Shown piece after piece: positions 31,305 through 40,698 of a DNA stretch of 64,000 nt; positions within the stretch are counted from its first letter, which is position 1; the number at the start of each line of letters is the position of its first letter. The position numbers were made by a program, and so were the translations under genes. Under the pieces are notes generated by a model. The model saw only the letters and a list, made by a program, of their open reading frames with translations, made no database searches and was not told where the DNA came from. The stretch is from an uncultured SAR86 cluster bacterium (GTDB lineage Bacteria > Pseudomonadota > Gammaproteobacteria > Magnimaribacterales > AG-339-G14): the NCBI GenBank assembly GCA_902524805.1, contig CABZES010000004.1:24878-88877 (forward strand). The letters run 5' to 3'.

Positions 31305-32660
31305 ATGAGCAATTTAGGAATAACAGAAGTAGTTTTGAGAGATGGAAATCAATCATTATTAGCAACTAGGATAACTCTTGAAGATCTCATTCCCGCGGCA
31401 AAAAAATTAGATGAAATTGGTTATTGGTCTATTGAATCCTGGGGAGGAGCAACTTTTGATGTTTGTTTAAGGCATTTAAATGAAGATCCTTGGGAAAGGC
31501 TAAGAGAATTAAAAAAGGCTATGCCTAAAACCAAACAGCAAATGCTTCTAAGAGGACAAAATTTAGTCGGCTACAAGCATTTTAGCGACCAAATGGTTTC
31601 GAAATTTATAAATAAATCAGCAGAAAATGGAATCGATGTTTTTAGAATTTTTGATGCGTTAAATGACATTCAGAATATTAAGTTTTCTTTACAAGAAGTA
31701 AGAGATAACAACAAACATGCTCAAGCAGCTATGGCATACACTACTAGTCCTATACATGACCTTCAATATTGGATTGACCTAGCAAAAAATATGGAAGATT
31801 TGGGAGTAGATTCAATAGCTATAAAAGATATGGCTGGGATTTTAAAACCCAATGATGCGTATTCTTTAGTTTCTAAATTAAAACAAGAGATATCGGTTCC
31901 AATTCATATGCAAACCCATGCTACAACTGGCATGTCAGCAGCAACTAATTTAAAAGCTATCGAAGCTGGAATAGATAATATAGATACTTCAATTTCTTCT
32001 ATGAGTATGACTTATGGACACTCGTCTACTGAATCAGTTGTCTCTATGCTTCAAAATACTGATCTTTCTCTTAATTTTGATTTGTTAAAACTCGATGAAA
32101 TTAGTCAATATTTTAAAAAAATAAGGGCTAAATATTCTGAATTTGAAGGCAGCCTTAAAGGAGCAGACGTACAAATGCTTATCAGGCAAGTCCCTGGAGG
32201 AATGCTATCTAATCTAGAAAGCCAACTTAAACAATTAAAATTGGAAGAAAAATTAGATGAGGTCATCGAAGAAATTCCTAGAGTAAGAAAAGACTTGGGT
32301 TATGTTCCTCTAGTGACTCCAGTTTCTCAAATAATCGGAGCCCAAGCTTTATCTAATGTGATTGATAACGAAAGATACCAAAAACTTTCTATAGAACTCA
32401 CAAAGTTAATTTCTGGATATTATGGAAAAATATTTGGAGAGGTAGACGAAGCACTGATTGAAAAAGCTAAATTAGAAATGAAACCAATTCAAAACAGACC
32501 TGCAGATGAATTGCCGGACGATTTTGAATCGTTACAAAAAGATTTAAGAAAATTTTGCGCTAAGAATTCCATTGAGGATGTGTCTACTAAGGATGAAAAT
32601 ATAATAAGTTTTGCTTTGTTTCCTTATAGTGCTTGCGATTTTTTTAAAAAAAATTACTGA
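31305..32660 (+). CDS. oxaloacetate decarboxylase alpha / transcarboxylase 5S-like carboxyltransferase, without biotinyl domain
   Basis: LRDGNQS, MLLRGQNLVGY, IAIKDMAGIL and HxH (HMQTHATTGM). The ORF ends at 451 aa with no AMKM biotin-attachment domain. Confidence 0.85.
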   Translation: MSNLGITEVVLRDGNQSLLATRITLEDLIPAAKKLDEIGYWSIESWGGATFDVCLRHLNEDPWERLRELKKAMPKTKQQMLLRGQNLVGYKHFSDQMVSKFINKSAENGIDVFRIFDALNDIQNIKFSLQEVRDNNKHAQAAMAYTTSPIHDLQYWIDLAKNMEDLGVDSIAIKDMAGILKPNDAYSLVSKLKQEISVPIHMQTHATTGMSAATNLKAIEAGIDNIDTSISSMSMTYGHSSTESVVSMLQNTDLSLNFDLLKLDEISQYFKKIRAKYSEFEGSLKGADVQMLIRQVPGGMLSNLESQLKQLKLEEKLDEVIEEIPRVRKDLGYVPLVTPVSQIIGAQALSNVIDNERYQKLSIELTKLISGYYGKIFGEVDEALIEKAKLEMKPIQNRPADELPDDFESLQKDLRKFCAKNSIEDVSTKDENIISFALFPYSACDFFKKNY

Positions 32661-32689
32661 AAATTATCGATTAATTTATAATCAAGTTT

Positions 32690-33868
32690 ATGGAAAAAAA
32701 ATACGAAATCATTCTTTTTGGAGCTACTGGATTTACTGGACAGCTTTGCACTAAATATTTTAAACAAAACTATCCAGATTTAACTTGGGCTATTGCTGGC
32801 AGAGATAAAAACAAATTGGATGATATCAATAATAAATTCAACTTAAATGTAGATACACTAGTGGCTGACGGAGATAACTTAGAGGCATTAAGAGTTATGG
32901 CGGGGCAGGCAAAAGTTATTTTATCTACTGCAGGGCCATTTGCTAGATACAGCGACTTGTTAGTTCAAGCTTGCGTCGAACAAGGCACGCATTACACTGA
33001 TATTACTGGCGAAAATCACTGGGTAAGAACGCTAATAGATAAACATCATGAAAATGCTAGTTTGAAAGGAGTAAGAATAGTTCCATCATGTGGATATGAT
33101 TCAATTCCTTCCGATATAGGAACTTTCTTTGCAGTATCTCAATTTAACAAACCAGTTAAAAGAGTCGAGCTCTTTCAAGAAATGCAAGGCGGTGCTTCAG
33201 GTGGTACCATTGAAACCGCTTTTTCAATGGGTAAATTAAGCAAAGAAATGAGAGATCCTTTTTTGCTAAATCCTGAAAATTCATCTACAGAGGAACAGCG
33301 AAAATATTCAAAAGATACGATGCGTATTGAAAAAATTGAAGAACTTGATGGTTGGTCTGGAATGTTTGTAATGGCTGCGGGTAATACTAGGGTCGTAAGA
33401 AGAACGGCTGCTTTAATGGAACAAAACCAAAATAGTTACGGAGCTAACTTTACTTTTGGAGAATACGGTCTCCACAAAACAAAAAAATTAGCAAGAAGAG
33501 CCTCTTATGGGCTTATTCTTGGGTTTCTAATAATTGCTTCTCCTTTAAAAGGTATTGTTAGAAAGTTTCTGCCTAAACCTGGTGAAGGACCAAGCGAAGA
33601 AGTTCAAAATAATGGATGGTTCAGGTCTACATTTATTGCAGAGGCTGAAGATGGCGAAAAAAAAATATGTTCTTTGTATGGTTCAGGAGACCCAGGTTAT
33701 AAATCAACATCAAAACTAGTTTGTGAATCAGCTCTCACTCTAGCAAAATCAAATAATTTGCCTGGTGGAGATAATTATGGAGGCGTTTTAACTTCTGCAG
33801 CTGGCCTAGGAAATGAACTTATAAGTAGATTAAAAAATGCAGATATAGAATTTAAAATGTTAACCTAG
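32690..33868 (+). CDS. saccharopine dehydrogenase-like NAD(P)-binding oxidoreductase (trans-acting enoyl reductase-like)
   Basis: N-terminal Rossmann motif FGATGFTG and overall family resemblance. Confidence 0.75.
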   Translation: MEKKYEIILFGATGFTGQLCTKYFKQNYPDLTWAIAGRDKNKLDDINNKFNLNVDTLVADGDNLEALRVMAGQAKVILSTAGPFARYSDLLVQACVEQGTHYTDITGENHWVRTLIDKHHENASLKGVRIVPSCGYDSIPSDIGTFFAVSQFNKPVKRVELFQEMQGGASGGTIETAFSMGKLSKEMRDPFLLNPENSSTEEQRKYSKDTMRIEKIEELDGWSGMFVMAAGNTRVVRRTAALMEQNQNSYGANFTFGEYGLHKTKKLARRASYGLILGFLIIASPLKGIVRKFLPKPGEGPSEEVQNNGWFRSTFIAEAEDGEKKICSLYGSGDPGYKSTSKLVCESALTLAKSNNLPGGDNYGGVLTSAAGLGNELISRLKNADIEFKMLT

Positions 33869-33928
33869 TTATAACTAAAATTACCATATTTATAACCCCT
33901 ATTTACTTTTAGATATATAAAATAAACG

Positions 33929-33975
33929 TATTCGAGTATTCTTTTCTCCCCAGAAAAATCTCTCCAACTCGAATA
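33929..33975 (+). repeat. inverted repeat TATTCGAG / CTCGAATA enclosing a 31-nt CU-rich loop
   Basis: Perfect 8-bp arms read directly from the sequence. The loop contains CTTTTCTCCCC and TCTCTCC. Confidence 0.4.
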
Positions 33976-33976
33976 A

Positions 33977-34016
33977 AAACGGGTTGATACATGATGTACC
34001 AACCCGTTTGTTTTTA
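33977..34016 (+). terminator. rho-independent terminator (bidirectional architecture)
   Basis: 10-bp perfect stem AAACGGGTTG / CAACCCGTTT with a 13-nt loop, followed by GTTTTTAT and preceded by an A run. It lies 108 nt after the stop of the 32690-33868 gene. Confidence 0.8.
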
Positions 34017-34064
34017 TAAAATAGGCAATTCCTATTTAAAAGAAAATTCTTTAAAGTATATTTG

Positions 34065-35462
34065 ATGATCAATTTATTTATTTTCTCTAACGATCTTAGG
34101 CTCAAAGATAATCAGGCTTTATACGAGGCCTCTATCAATTCGAATGCTTTGCAAGCTATTTTTATCTTTAGTCCGAAGAAATGGGATGCTCATAACGAAA
34201 GTCATCTGAAAATTAAATTTCAAATTAAAAATTTAGAAATCTTAAAAAAAGAATTAGAAAACCTTAACATCAATTTAAAAATTCTTTTCTCAGATAACAT
34301 AGAAGAAGAACCCAAAATAATTACTCAAGAAGCTTTAAGAGTAAAGGCTAACAATGTATTTATTAATTCTGAATACGGAGTTAATGAAAAGAAAAGGGAT
34401 GAGGAATTAAAAAAACTACTTGAGAAAGAAAATATTGACTTAAAACAATATGATTCTTCTATTATCAATCCCAATAAACTTGTTACAGGCTCTGGCACTT
34501 TTTTTAAAGTATTTACACCTTATTCTAAATCTTTTAGAAATGAGCTTAACCAAGATTATCTTGATCTTTTTCCAACTCCAAAAAAGCAACAAAATATGCT
34601 TTCTGACTCGGATGTAATTCCTGAATATCAATTGAAGGACGAACTTAAGGAAAACACTTTAACTGTTTATGAGCCTGGGGAAAAAGCAGCTATAAATTCT
34701 TTAGAAAACTTTATCGAGAATAAAATAACCAATTATAAAATAGAAAGAGATTTTCCTTCCAAAGATTCTACTAGCAAGTTATCTATTTATTTATCCTCTG
34801 GAATAATTTCTGCTAAAACGTGTGTCGCTAATTTACTAGCTAGGTCAGAAGATTTACCTGGCTCAGGAGAATATTCCTGGTTTAATGAAATTATTTGGCG
34901 AGAATTTTATAAATACATAATTTTTCATTACCCTAGGGTCAGTATGAGAAAGTCGTTCAATAAGAAATATGATGCGTTACAGTGGAGAGATAGCAAAGAA
35001 GATTTCGATGCATGGAAAACAGGCAATACCGGTTTTCCAATAATTGATGCCGCCATGAAACAATTAATTACTACCGGATGGATGCATAATAGATTAAGAA
35101 TGATTGTTGCAATGTTTCTGAGCAAAAACTTATTAATTGATTGGAAAAAAGGCGAAGAGTTTTTTATGCAAAATTTAATTGATGGCGATCACGCGTCTAA
35201 TGTTGGAGGCTGGCAATGGAGTGCATCTACGGGAGTAGACGCTGCTCCTTACTTCAGGATTTTCAATCCTATTACGCAATCTGAAAAATTCGATAAAGAA
35301 GGTATTTTTTTAAAAAAATACCTACCAAATTTAGAAAGCCTATCTAACAAAGAAATCCACAATCCAAGCATCGAATTAAGAGAAAAATTTCAATATCCTT
35401 CACCTATTACAGATTTATCCTTTTCAAGAAAAAGAGCTATAGAGGTTTTTTCAAAGATATAA
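34065..35462 (+). CDS. phrB: deoxyribodipyrimidine photolyase (CPD class I)
   Basis: TGFPIIDAAMKQL, TGWMHNRLRM and GGWQWSASTG..DAAPYFRIFNP FAD-binding signatures. Confidence 0.93.
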   Translation: MINLFIFSNDLRLKDNQALYEASINSNALQAIFIFSPKKWDAHNESHLKIKFQIKNLEILKKELENLNINLKILFSDNIEEEPKIITQEALRVKANNVFINSEYGVNEKKRDEELKKLLEKENIDLKQYDSSIINPNKLVTGSGTFFKVFTPYSKSFRNELNQDYLDLFPTPKKQQNMLSDSDVIPEYQLKDELKENTLTVYEPGEKAAINSLENFIENKITNYKIERDFPSKDSTSKLSIYLSSGIISAKTCVANLLARSEDLPGSGEYSWFNEIIWREFYKYIIFHYPRVSMRKSFNKKYDALQWRDSKEDFDAWKTGNTGFPIIDAAMKQLITTGWMHNRLRMIVAMFLSKNLLIDWKKGEEFFMQNLIDGDHASNVGGWQWSASTGVDAAPYFRIFNPITQSEKFDKEGIFLKKYLPNLESLSNKEIHNPSIELREKFQYPSPITDLSFSRKRAIEVFSKI

Positions 35463-35463
35463 A

Positions 35464-35913
35464 ATGAGTGAAGATCAAACGCCAGAATATATGAAGCAGC
35501 TTGCTGCCAAAATCCTGGAAATCAATTATTCAACTGAAACCTTGAAGATGTCTTTCGAAGCTACAGAAGATATATGCCATTCGAATGGTACTATCATTCA
35601 AGGAGGCTTCACGACCGTAATGATGGATTCTTGTATGGCTTTCTTAGTAATGGAATTAACCGATTTTATCTATACACCTATGTCTATAGATATAAACGTT
35701 TCTTTTCTAGCAGCTGGCAAACCAGGAAAACTTTATTGCCAATCTAAGATAATAAAATTAGGCAAATCTATTGGATTTGCTTCTGCTGAGCTTTATCAGG
35801 ACGAAGAACTTATTGCCAAAGCTTCATCAAGCTTAAAATTAATTAAATTAGGGGAGCCAAAAGATTTCTTAATAGAAAATATGGCGAAAGAAGCTAAGAT
35901 AATAAAAGCTTAA
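35464..35913 (+). CDS. PaaI-family hotdog thioesterase
   Basis: 149 aa with an NGTIIQGGFTTVMMD core, typical of PaaI/YbdB. Confidence 0.8.
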   Translation: MSEDQTPEYMKQLAAKILEINYSTETLKMSFEATEDICHSNGTIIQGGFTTVMMDSCMAFLVMELTDFIYTPMSIDINVSFLAAGKPGKLYCQSKIIKLGKSIGFASAELYQDEELIAKASSSLKLIKLGEPKDFLIENMAKEAKIIKA

Positions 35914-37127
35914 ATACCAAAATCCCATGATAGACCTTCGCGATATTTCTTTAATACCTGTTTCGCAATAAGAATCCTATGAACTTCATCTGGCCCGTCG
36001 GCGAGTCTCAGCGTCCTTGCACCTTGATACATTCCAAATAAAGGCAAATCAGCTGAAACTCCTTTCCATCCATAAACTTGAATTGCTCTGTCAACAACTC
36101 TATGCATTGCTGCTGGAACATAAATTTTTATTGCAGAAATATCTACTCTAGGATCTCCTTCAGAATCCATTACTTCGGCACAATGAATAGTCATTAACCT
36201 TGCAGTCTGAATGTCTATATATGAATCGGCAATAAAACCTTGAATAAGCTGCTTTGATTCTAATAGGCCACCATGAACTTTTCTTGTGGTAGTCCTTTGC
36301 ATCATCAAATCAAAAGCTCTCCACATCTGACCAATACTATTCATGCAATGAAAAACTCTTCCCGCACCCAATCTATCTTGTGCAGCTGCATGACCGGAAC
36401 CTCTAGCACCTAGTTGATTTTCAACAGGGACTCTTACATTTTCATATTTTATTTCGACATGATCACCACCAGTATGACCCCAGATTGGAACCGATCTAAT
36501 CACATTGAATCCAGGGGTATCTGTAGGAACAATAATCTGAGTCATTCTTGAATTAACTTCCCCTGAATCGTCTTCCTCTTCAGTTCGACACATAACAATT
36601 GCAAAATCTGCTCGTATACCATTTGATGTCATTACTTTGTGACCATTGATAACCCATTCATCGCCTTCTTTTTTAGCTGTAGTCTTTATTGATCTTGGAT
36701 CAGAGCCAGCATTTTCTGGTTCTGTCATTGAAAAAGCTGATTCCATTTCGCCTGCAATTAAAGGCTCAAGCCATTTTTTCTTTTGTTCATCTGATCCATA
36801 CTTTAATAGTACTTTTTGATTTCCAGAATTTGGTGCAATTACCCCAAATAATCTATTAGAAAGAGGGGACCAAGCTAAAATTTCGTTCATGTAAGCATGA
36901 GCCATAAAACCTATTCCCATCCCACCATATTCCTTCGGAAGATGAGGAGCCCATAATTTTTTCTTTTTAACTTCTGATCTAATTTCTTCCCTTAGACCTT
37001 TTGCTTTTTCTCCACCTTTATATATTTTTGATTCATTAGGTATTATTTGATCTGCAACAATTGAAGCAGTTGCCTCTCTTATATTATTTATCTCTTTTGA
37101 TAGAGTAGGTATTGGCGATATTTCCAT
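35910..37127 (-). CDS. acyl-CoA dehydrogenase family protein
   Basis: FSMTEPENAGSD motif and the three-domain ACAD layout. Confidence 0.9.
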   Translation of the reverse strand: MEISPIPTLSKEINNIREATASIVADQIIPNESKIYKGGEKAKGLREEIRSEVKKKKLWAPHLPKEYGGMGIGFMAHAYMNEILAWSPLSNRLFGVIAPNSGNQKVLLKYGSDEQKKKWLEPLIAGEMESAFSMTEPENAGSDPRSIKTTAKKEGDEWVINGHKVMTSNGIRADFAIVMCRTEEEDDSGEVNSRMTQIIVPTDTPGFNVIRSVPIWGHTGGDHVEIKYENVRVPVENQLGARGSGHAAAQDRLGAGRVFHCMNSIGQMWRAFDLMMQRTTTRKVHGGLLESKQLIQGFIADSYIDIQTARLMTIHCAEVMDSEGDPRVDISAIKIYVPAAMHRVVDRAIQVYGWKGVSADLPLFGMYQGARTLRLADGPDEVHRILIAKQVLKKYREGLSWDFGI

Positions 37128-37209
37128 AATTATTTCGATTTATTTTATCTTTTCTAGCATAATACTCTAACAGTTTATTTTCATAGACTGAATTATTAGG
37201 GGGAAACAA

Positions 37210-38991
37210 TTGATCAAGAAAAGTATCGTTTTTAGTTTTTGTCTATTTTTGATCTCTTGTGGGAGCGAAAATAATATTGAAGAAGCTTATATTGAAGATC
37301 TAAGTACACTCAAGACAACTTCTTCAGGTCAAGTAATAGGGTTTAAACATAAAAATAATTCTCTCGCTTGGTTTGGCATACCTTATGCAGAGCCTCCAGT
37401 TGACGAGCTACGTTGGAGATCCCCAGTAGCTAAAAAATTCGAAAAAGAAATTATCAAAGCTACTGCTTTTTCTGACATTTGTTTTCAAAATAGAAGTTTT
37501 GTTGATTATAGTCAAGACGAAGGGAAGTATATTGGATCCGAAGATTGTCTTTACTTAAATATTCACTCACCAAAAAACTTAGATGAGGATTCAAAGTTGC
37601 CAGTCATGCTATGGATTCATGGAGGAGGTAATACAACAGGCGCGGGCAGTGGTTATGATTTTAGCAAGTTAGCTTCAGAACAAGAGCTTATTGTAATTAC
37701 AATTAATTACAGATTAGGTCCATTTGGTTGGTTTTACCATCCAAGTCTTATAGAAACTAGTAGCTCAAAAGAGGACAAATCTGGAAACTACGGGTTATTA
37801 GATCAAATTCTTGCCCTAAAGTGGGTTAAGAATAATATTAAACAGTTTGGTGGAAATCCCAACAACGTTACAATTTTTGGCGAGTCTGCGGGCGGGCATA
37901 ATGTTTTTTCATTAATATCGTCAAAGCTTGCAAAAGGATTATTTCATAGAGCAATATCTCAAAGCGGGTCAACAAGAACAACTTCTATAGAAGATGCATC
38001 CAACTATGTAGATGATGAAAAAAATCCTGGTTGGCCTACTAGCTCAAGAGAAATAGTTAATAATCTTCTTTTAACTAGCAACGATGTTAGAGATCTTTAC
38101 GAAGCAAAAATACTACAAGAATCAATGAATAATTCTAATTTAAAAAATTATCTACAAAGCTTAAGTTCTTCAGAAATTTTTGATACTTATGAAGAAGCAA
38201 TTGTTGCAGGAATGTTTAACGTACCAAGGATTATTGCAGATGGATATGTTTTGCCTAAAGAAGGTATGAAGTTCCGAAGAGGCCAATTCAATAAAGTACC
38301 CACAATGTTAGGAACTAACAGAGACGAAATGAAGCTTTTTTATGCTTTGGATGATGAGTATGTTTACAGCCTTAGCACTTTTTTAATATACGTAAAAGAC
38401 AAAGAAAGATATGACTTAGAAAATGAATACGCATCTAATAATTGGAAAATTGGTGGCGTAGATCAGCCTGCCAGAAAATTAAAAAAATCAGGAAACTTAG
38501 ATATCTATACTTATAGATTTGATTGGGACGAAGAGCCAAAATATCTTTGGATGGATTTTTCTCAAATTTTTGGTGCCGCTCATGGATTTGAAATACCATT
38601 TATAACAGGCAATTTTGATTATTTTGGATTTGAAAAATATATTATCAATGACGCAAATAGACAAGCTGCATTGGAGTTATCAAATTCTATGATGTCATAT
38701 TGGGCAGAATTCGCATATGCAGGAAATCCTGGAAAGGGCAGAAAAAAAGATTTAGTTAATTGGCAGCCTTGGCAAAATGGCCCTGGCAAAAATAAATCAA
38801 TCATATTGGATTCTTCAAATGATAAAGGTATTTTTATGTCAGAGTCTGAATTATTCTATACCGATGAACTGCAAAGACTTGCAGAAGATAATAGAATAAA
38901 GGATTTACAAACAAGATGTAAATACATTGAAAATTTAAAGGAATCCGGCAATCAATCAAATTTTTCTATAAAGGAGTGTAAAAAATTATGA
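37210..38991 (+). CDS. type-B carboxylesterase/lipase, lipoprotein
   Basis: Lipobox LISC, oxyanion HGGG and nucleophile elbow GESAGG; TTG start after AGGGGGA. Confidence 0.9.
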   Translation: MIKKSIVFSFCLFLISCGSENNIEEAYIEDLSTLKTTSSGQVIGFKHKNNSLAWFGIPYAEPPVDELRWRSPVAKKFEKEIIKATAFSDICFQNRSFVDYSQDEGKYIGSEDCLYLNIHSPKNLDEDSKLPVMLWIHGGGNTTGAGSGYDFSKLASEQELIVITINYRLGPFGWFYHPSLIETSSSKEDKSGNYGLLDQILALKWVKNNIKQFGGNPNNVTIFGESAGGHNVFSLISSKLAKGLFHRAISQSGSTRTTSIEDASNYVDDEKNPGWPTSSREIVNNLLLTSNDVRDLYEAKILQESMNNSNLKNYLQSLSSSEIFDTYEEAIVAGMFNVPRIIADGYVLPKEGMKFRRGQFNKVPTMLGTNRDEMKLFYALDDEYVYSLSTFLIYVKDKERYDLENEYASNNWKIGGVDQPARKLKKSGNLDIYTYRFDWDEEPKYLWMDFSQIFGAAHGFEIPFITGNFDYFGFEKYIINDANRQAALELSNSMMSYWAEFAYAGNPGKGRKKDLVNWQPWQNGPGKNKSIILDSSNDKGIFMSESELFYTDELQRLAEDNRIKDLQTRCKYIENLKESGNQSNFSIKECKKL

Positions 38992-39590
38992 AAAAAATAG
39001 ATTTCTACTTTGACTTTGCTAGCCCAAATGCTTATTTGAGCCACAAAGTTATGCAAACAATAAAACAAAAATATGATGTTGAATTGAAATATACCCCTGT
39101 TCTGTTGGGGGGAATTTTTAAGGCAACAAATAACAAACCTCCTATGGAACAATTTTTTGGAGTTTTAAATAAAAATGAATACCAATCGATTGAGATGCAA
39201 AGGTTTATTGAACGACACGATCTTCAATCATTTCAAATGAATCCTCATTTTCCTGTGATAAGTCTTCAGATTATTAGAGGCGCAGTTGCTGCAGAAATGG
39301 ACGGTTATTTGGAAGAATACATTGATAAAGTTTTGGTTCATATGTGGGAAGAGCCCAAGAAAATGGACGATCCAGAAGTTATCAAAGCAGCTTTTGAAGA
39401 ATCAGGCTTTGATTCTGAAAAGTTAATGGCTCAAATGCAAGATCCTGATGTTAAAGCAAAATTAATTTCCAATACCGAAGAAGCAGTTAAAAAAGGAGTT
39501 TTTGGCATCCCCACTTTTTTCGTAGATGATGAAATGTATTTTGGTAAAGATACTATTTGGATGATTGAAGAGATTCTTGCTGAGACTTAG
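38988..39590 (+). CDS. 2-hydroxychromene-2-carboxylate isomerase / DsbA-like (GST-kappa) family protein
   Basis: IDFYFDFASPNAYL N-terminus; start overlaps the esterase stop (ATGA). Confidence 0.85.
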   Translation: MKKIDFYFDFASPNAYLSHKVMQTIKQKYDVELKYTPVLLGGIFKATNNKPPMEQFFGVLNKNEYQSIEMQRFIERHDLQSFQMNPHFPVISLQIIRGAVAAEMDGYLEEYIDKVLVHMWEEPKKMDDPEVIKAAFEESGFDSEKLMAQMQDPDVKAKLISNTEEAVKKGVFGIPTFFVDDEMYFGKDTIWMIEEILAET

Positions 39591-40683
39591 AAATTGAGCT
39601 TGCATATTTACTCAGAAAAGCCCAAAAGAACAAAATACTCACAAACGCCATTAAGGAAAACCATTCAGGAAGACCTAAAAAGTAAATTATTCCGCCGAGT
39701 GATGCGATAGCAAGACTTATTAAGCAGACAATCGCTAAGGTGACGTTATCAGAATAACCTAGATCCAAAAAGTAATGATGTATGTGTTCTCTATCAGAAT
39801 TAAAAATAGATAGTTTTTTGATTGATCTTTTCCAAATCACACGAAAAGCATTCAATAATACTAATCCAACACACCAAAGCGCATTAACTGGACGCCCACC
39901 AAGTTCATTAGTATTTAGAGAATATTGAGTAACCAGAATAAAACTGCAAGCAAGAAAAAAGCCTATCATCATAGCTCCGTGATCTCCTATGAATACTTTA
40001 AATTTTTTTCCTAACAAGCCTATATTCATCAAACTGTAAGGTAGAAGAGCAGCTAGAAGAGAATAGTGAGCTAAAGTAAATCCGGCTTTACCCATTATTG
40101 ATAATCCTATTAAAGCTAAGATAACTTGAAACGAAAAAAAACCATCAATACCGTCTATCCAATTAAACGCATTTGTTATTCCAACAATACAGAAAACCGT
40201 GAATATAAATGCAATGTAATTAGGGAGAACAATGTCGTTTCCACCAAATATACCCCCTAAATTTAGAAGATTTATACTTCCTAATTGAATAACTAAAATA
40301 GCGCAGCTTATTTGTGAAAAGAGCCTTATCCATACTGGCAAGGTGATCAAATCATCTATAAGACAAATTGCTAAAAGCACTAAAGATAGAAATAGTAACC
40401 AAAAAAAAGAAACATAAGGAAAACCTAAGGAGCCAAAACCCTCGCTAGGAAGGTCAAAACCAAAAAGGGAAGTCAAGTCATAAAAGACCAATAGATAAGA
40501 GCAGCTAAAAAACAAAGCAAAACAGATGCCAAAGGATAAACCTCCCGAAATGGGAATTTCATCTTTATGTTTTTTCTTAACACCATCAGGAATATCGACA
40601 AAGTTTCTTTTTTTAAAAAAGTGACGTACTAAAAGATGAATAATAAAAGCTACTAAAAAGTATAAAAGAAAAATGGAGAACAT
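39553..40683 (-). CDS. polyprenyl-phosphate N-acetylhexosamine-1-phosphate transferase (WecA/MraY family, GT4)
   Basis: Polytopic membrane protein with the DIPDGVKKKHKDEIPISGG and NAFNWIDGIDG motifs. Confidence 0.85.
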   Translation of the reverse strand: MFSIFLLYFLVAFIIHLLVRHFFKKRNFVDIPDGVKKKHKDEIPISGGLSFGICFALFFSCSYLLVFYDLTSLFGFDLPSEGFGSLGFPYVSFFWLLFLSLVLLAICLIDDLITLPVWIRLFSQISCAILVIQLGSINLLNLGGIFGGNDIVLPNYIAFIFTVFCIVGITNAFNWIDGIDGFFSFQVILALIGLSIMGKAGFTLAHYSLLAALLPYSLMNIGLLGKKFKVFIGDHGAMMIGFFLACSFILVTQYSLNTNELGGRPVNALWCVGLVLLNAFRVIWKRSIKKLSIFNSDREHIHHYFLDLGYSDNVTLAIVCLISLAIASLGGIIYFLGLPEWFSLMAFVSILFFWAFLSKYASSISKSQQESLQSSK

Positions 40684-40698
40684 CTATTTAAGAAAAGA

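Noticed and set aside
33899-34105. 68-aa minus-strand ORF in the spacer before the photolyase gene.
   Set aside because: It reads straight through the terminator hairpin and the photolyase start, and its composition is shadow-like. The spacer is better explained as structured RNA or a terminator.
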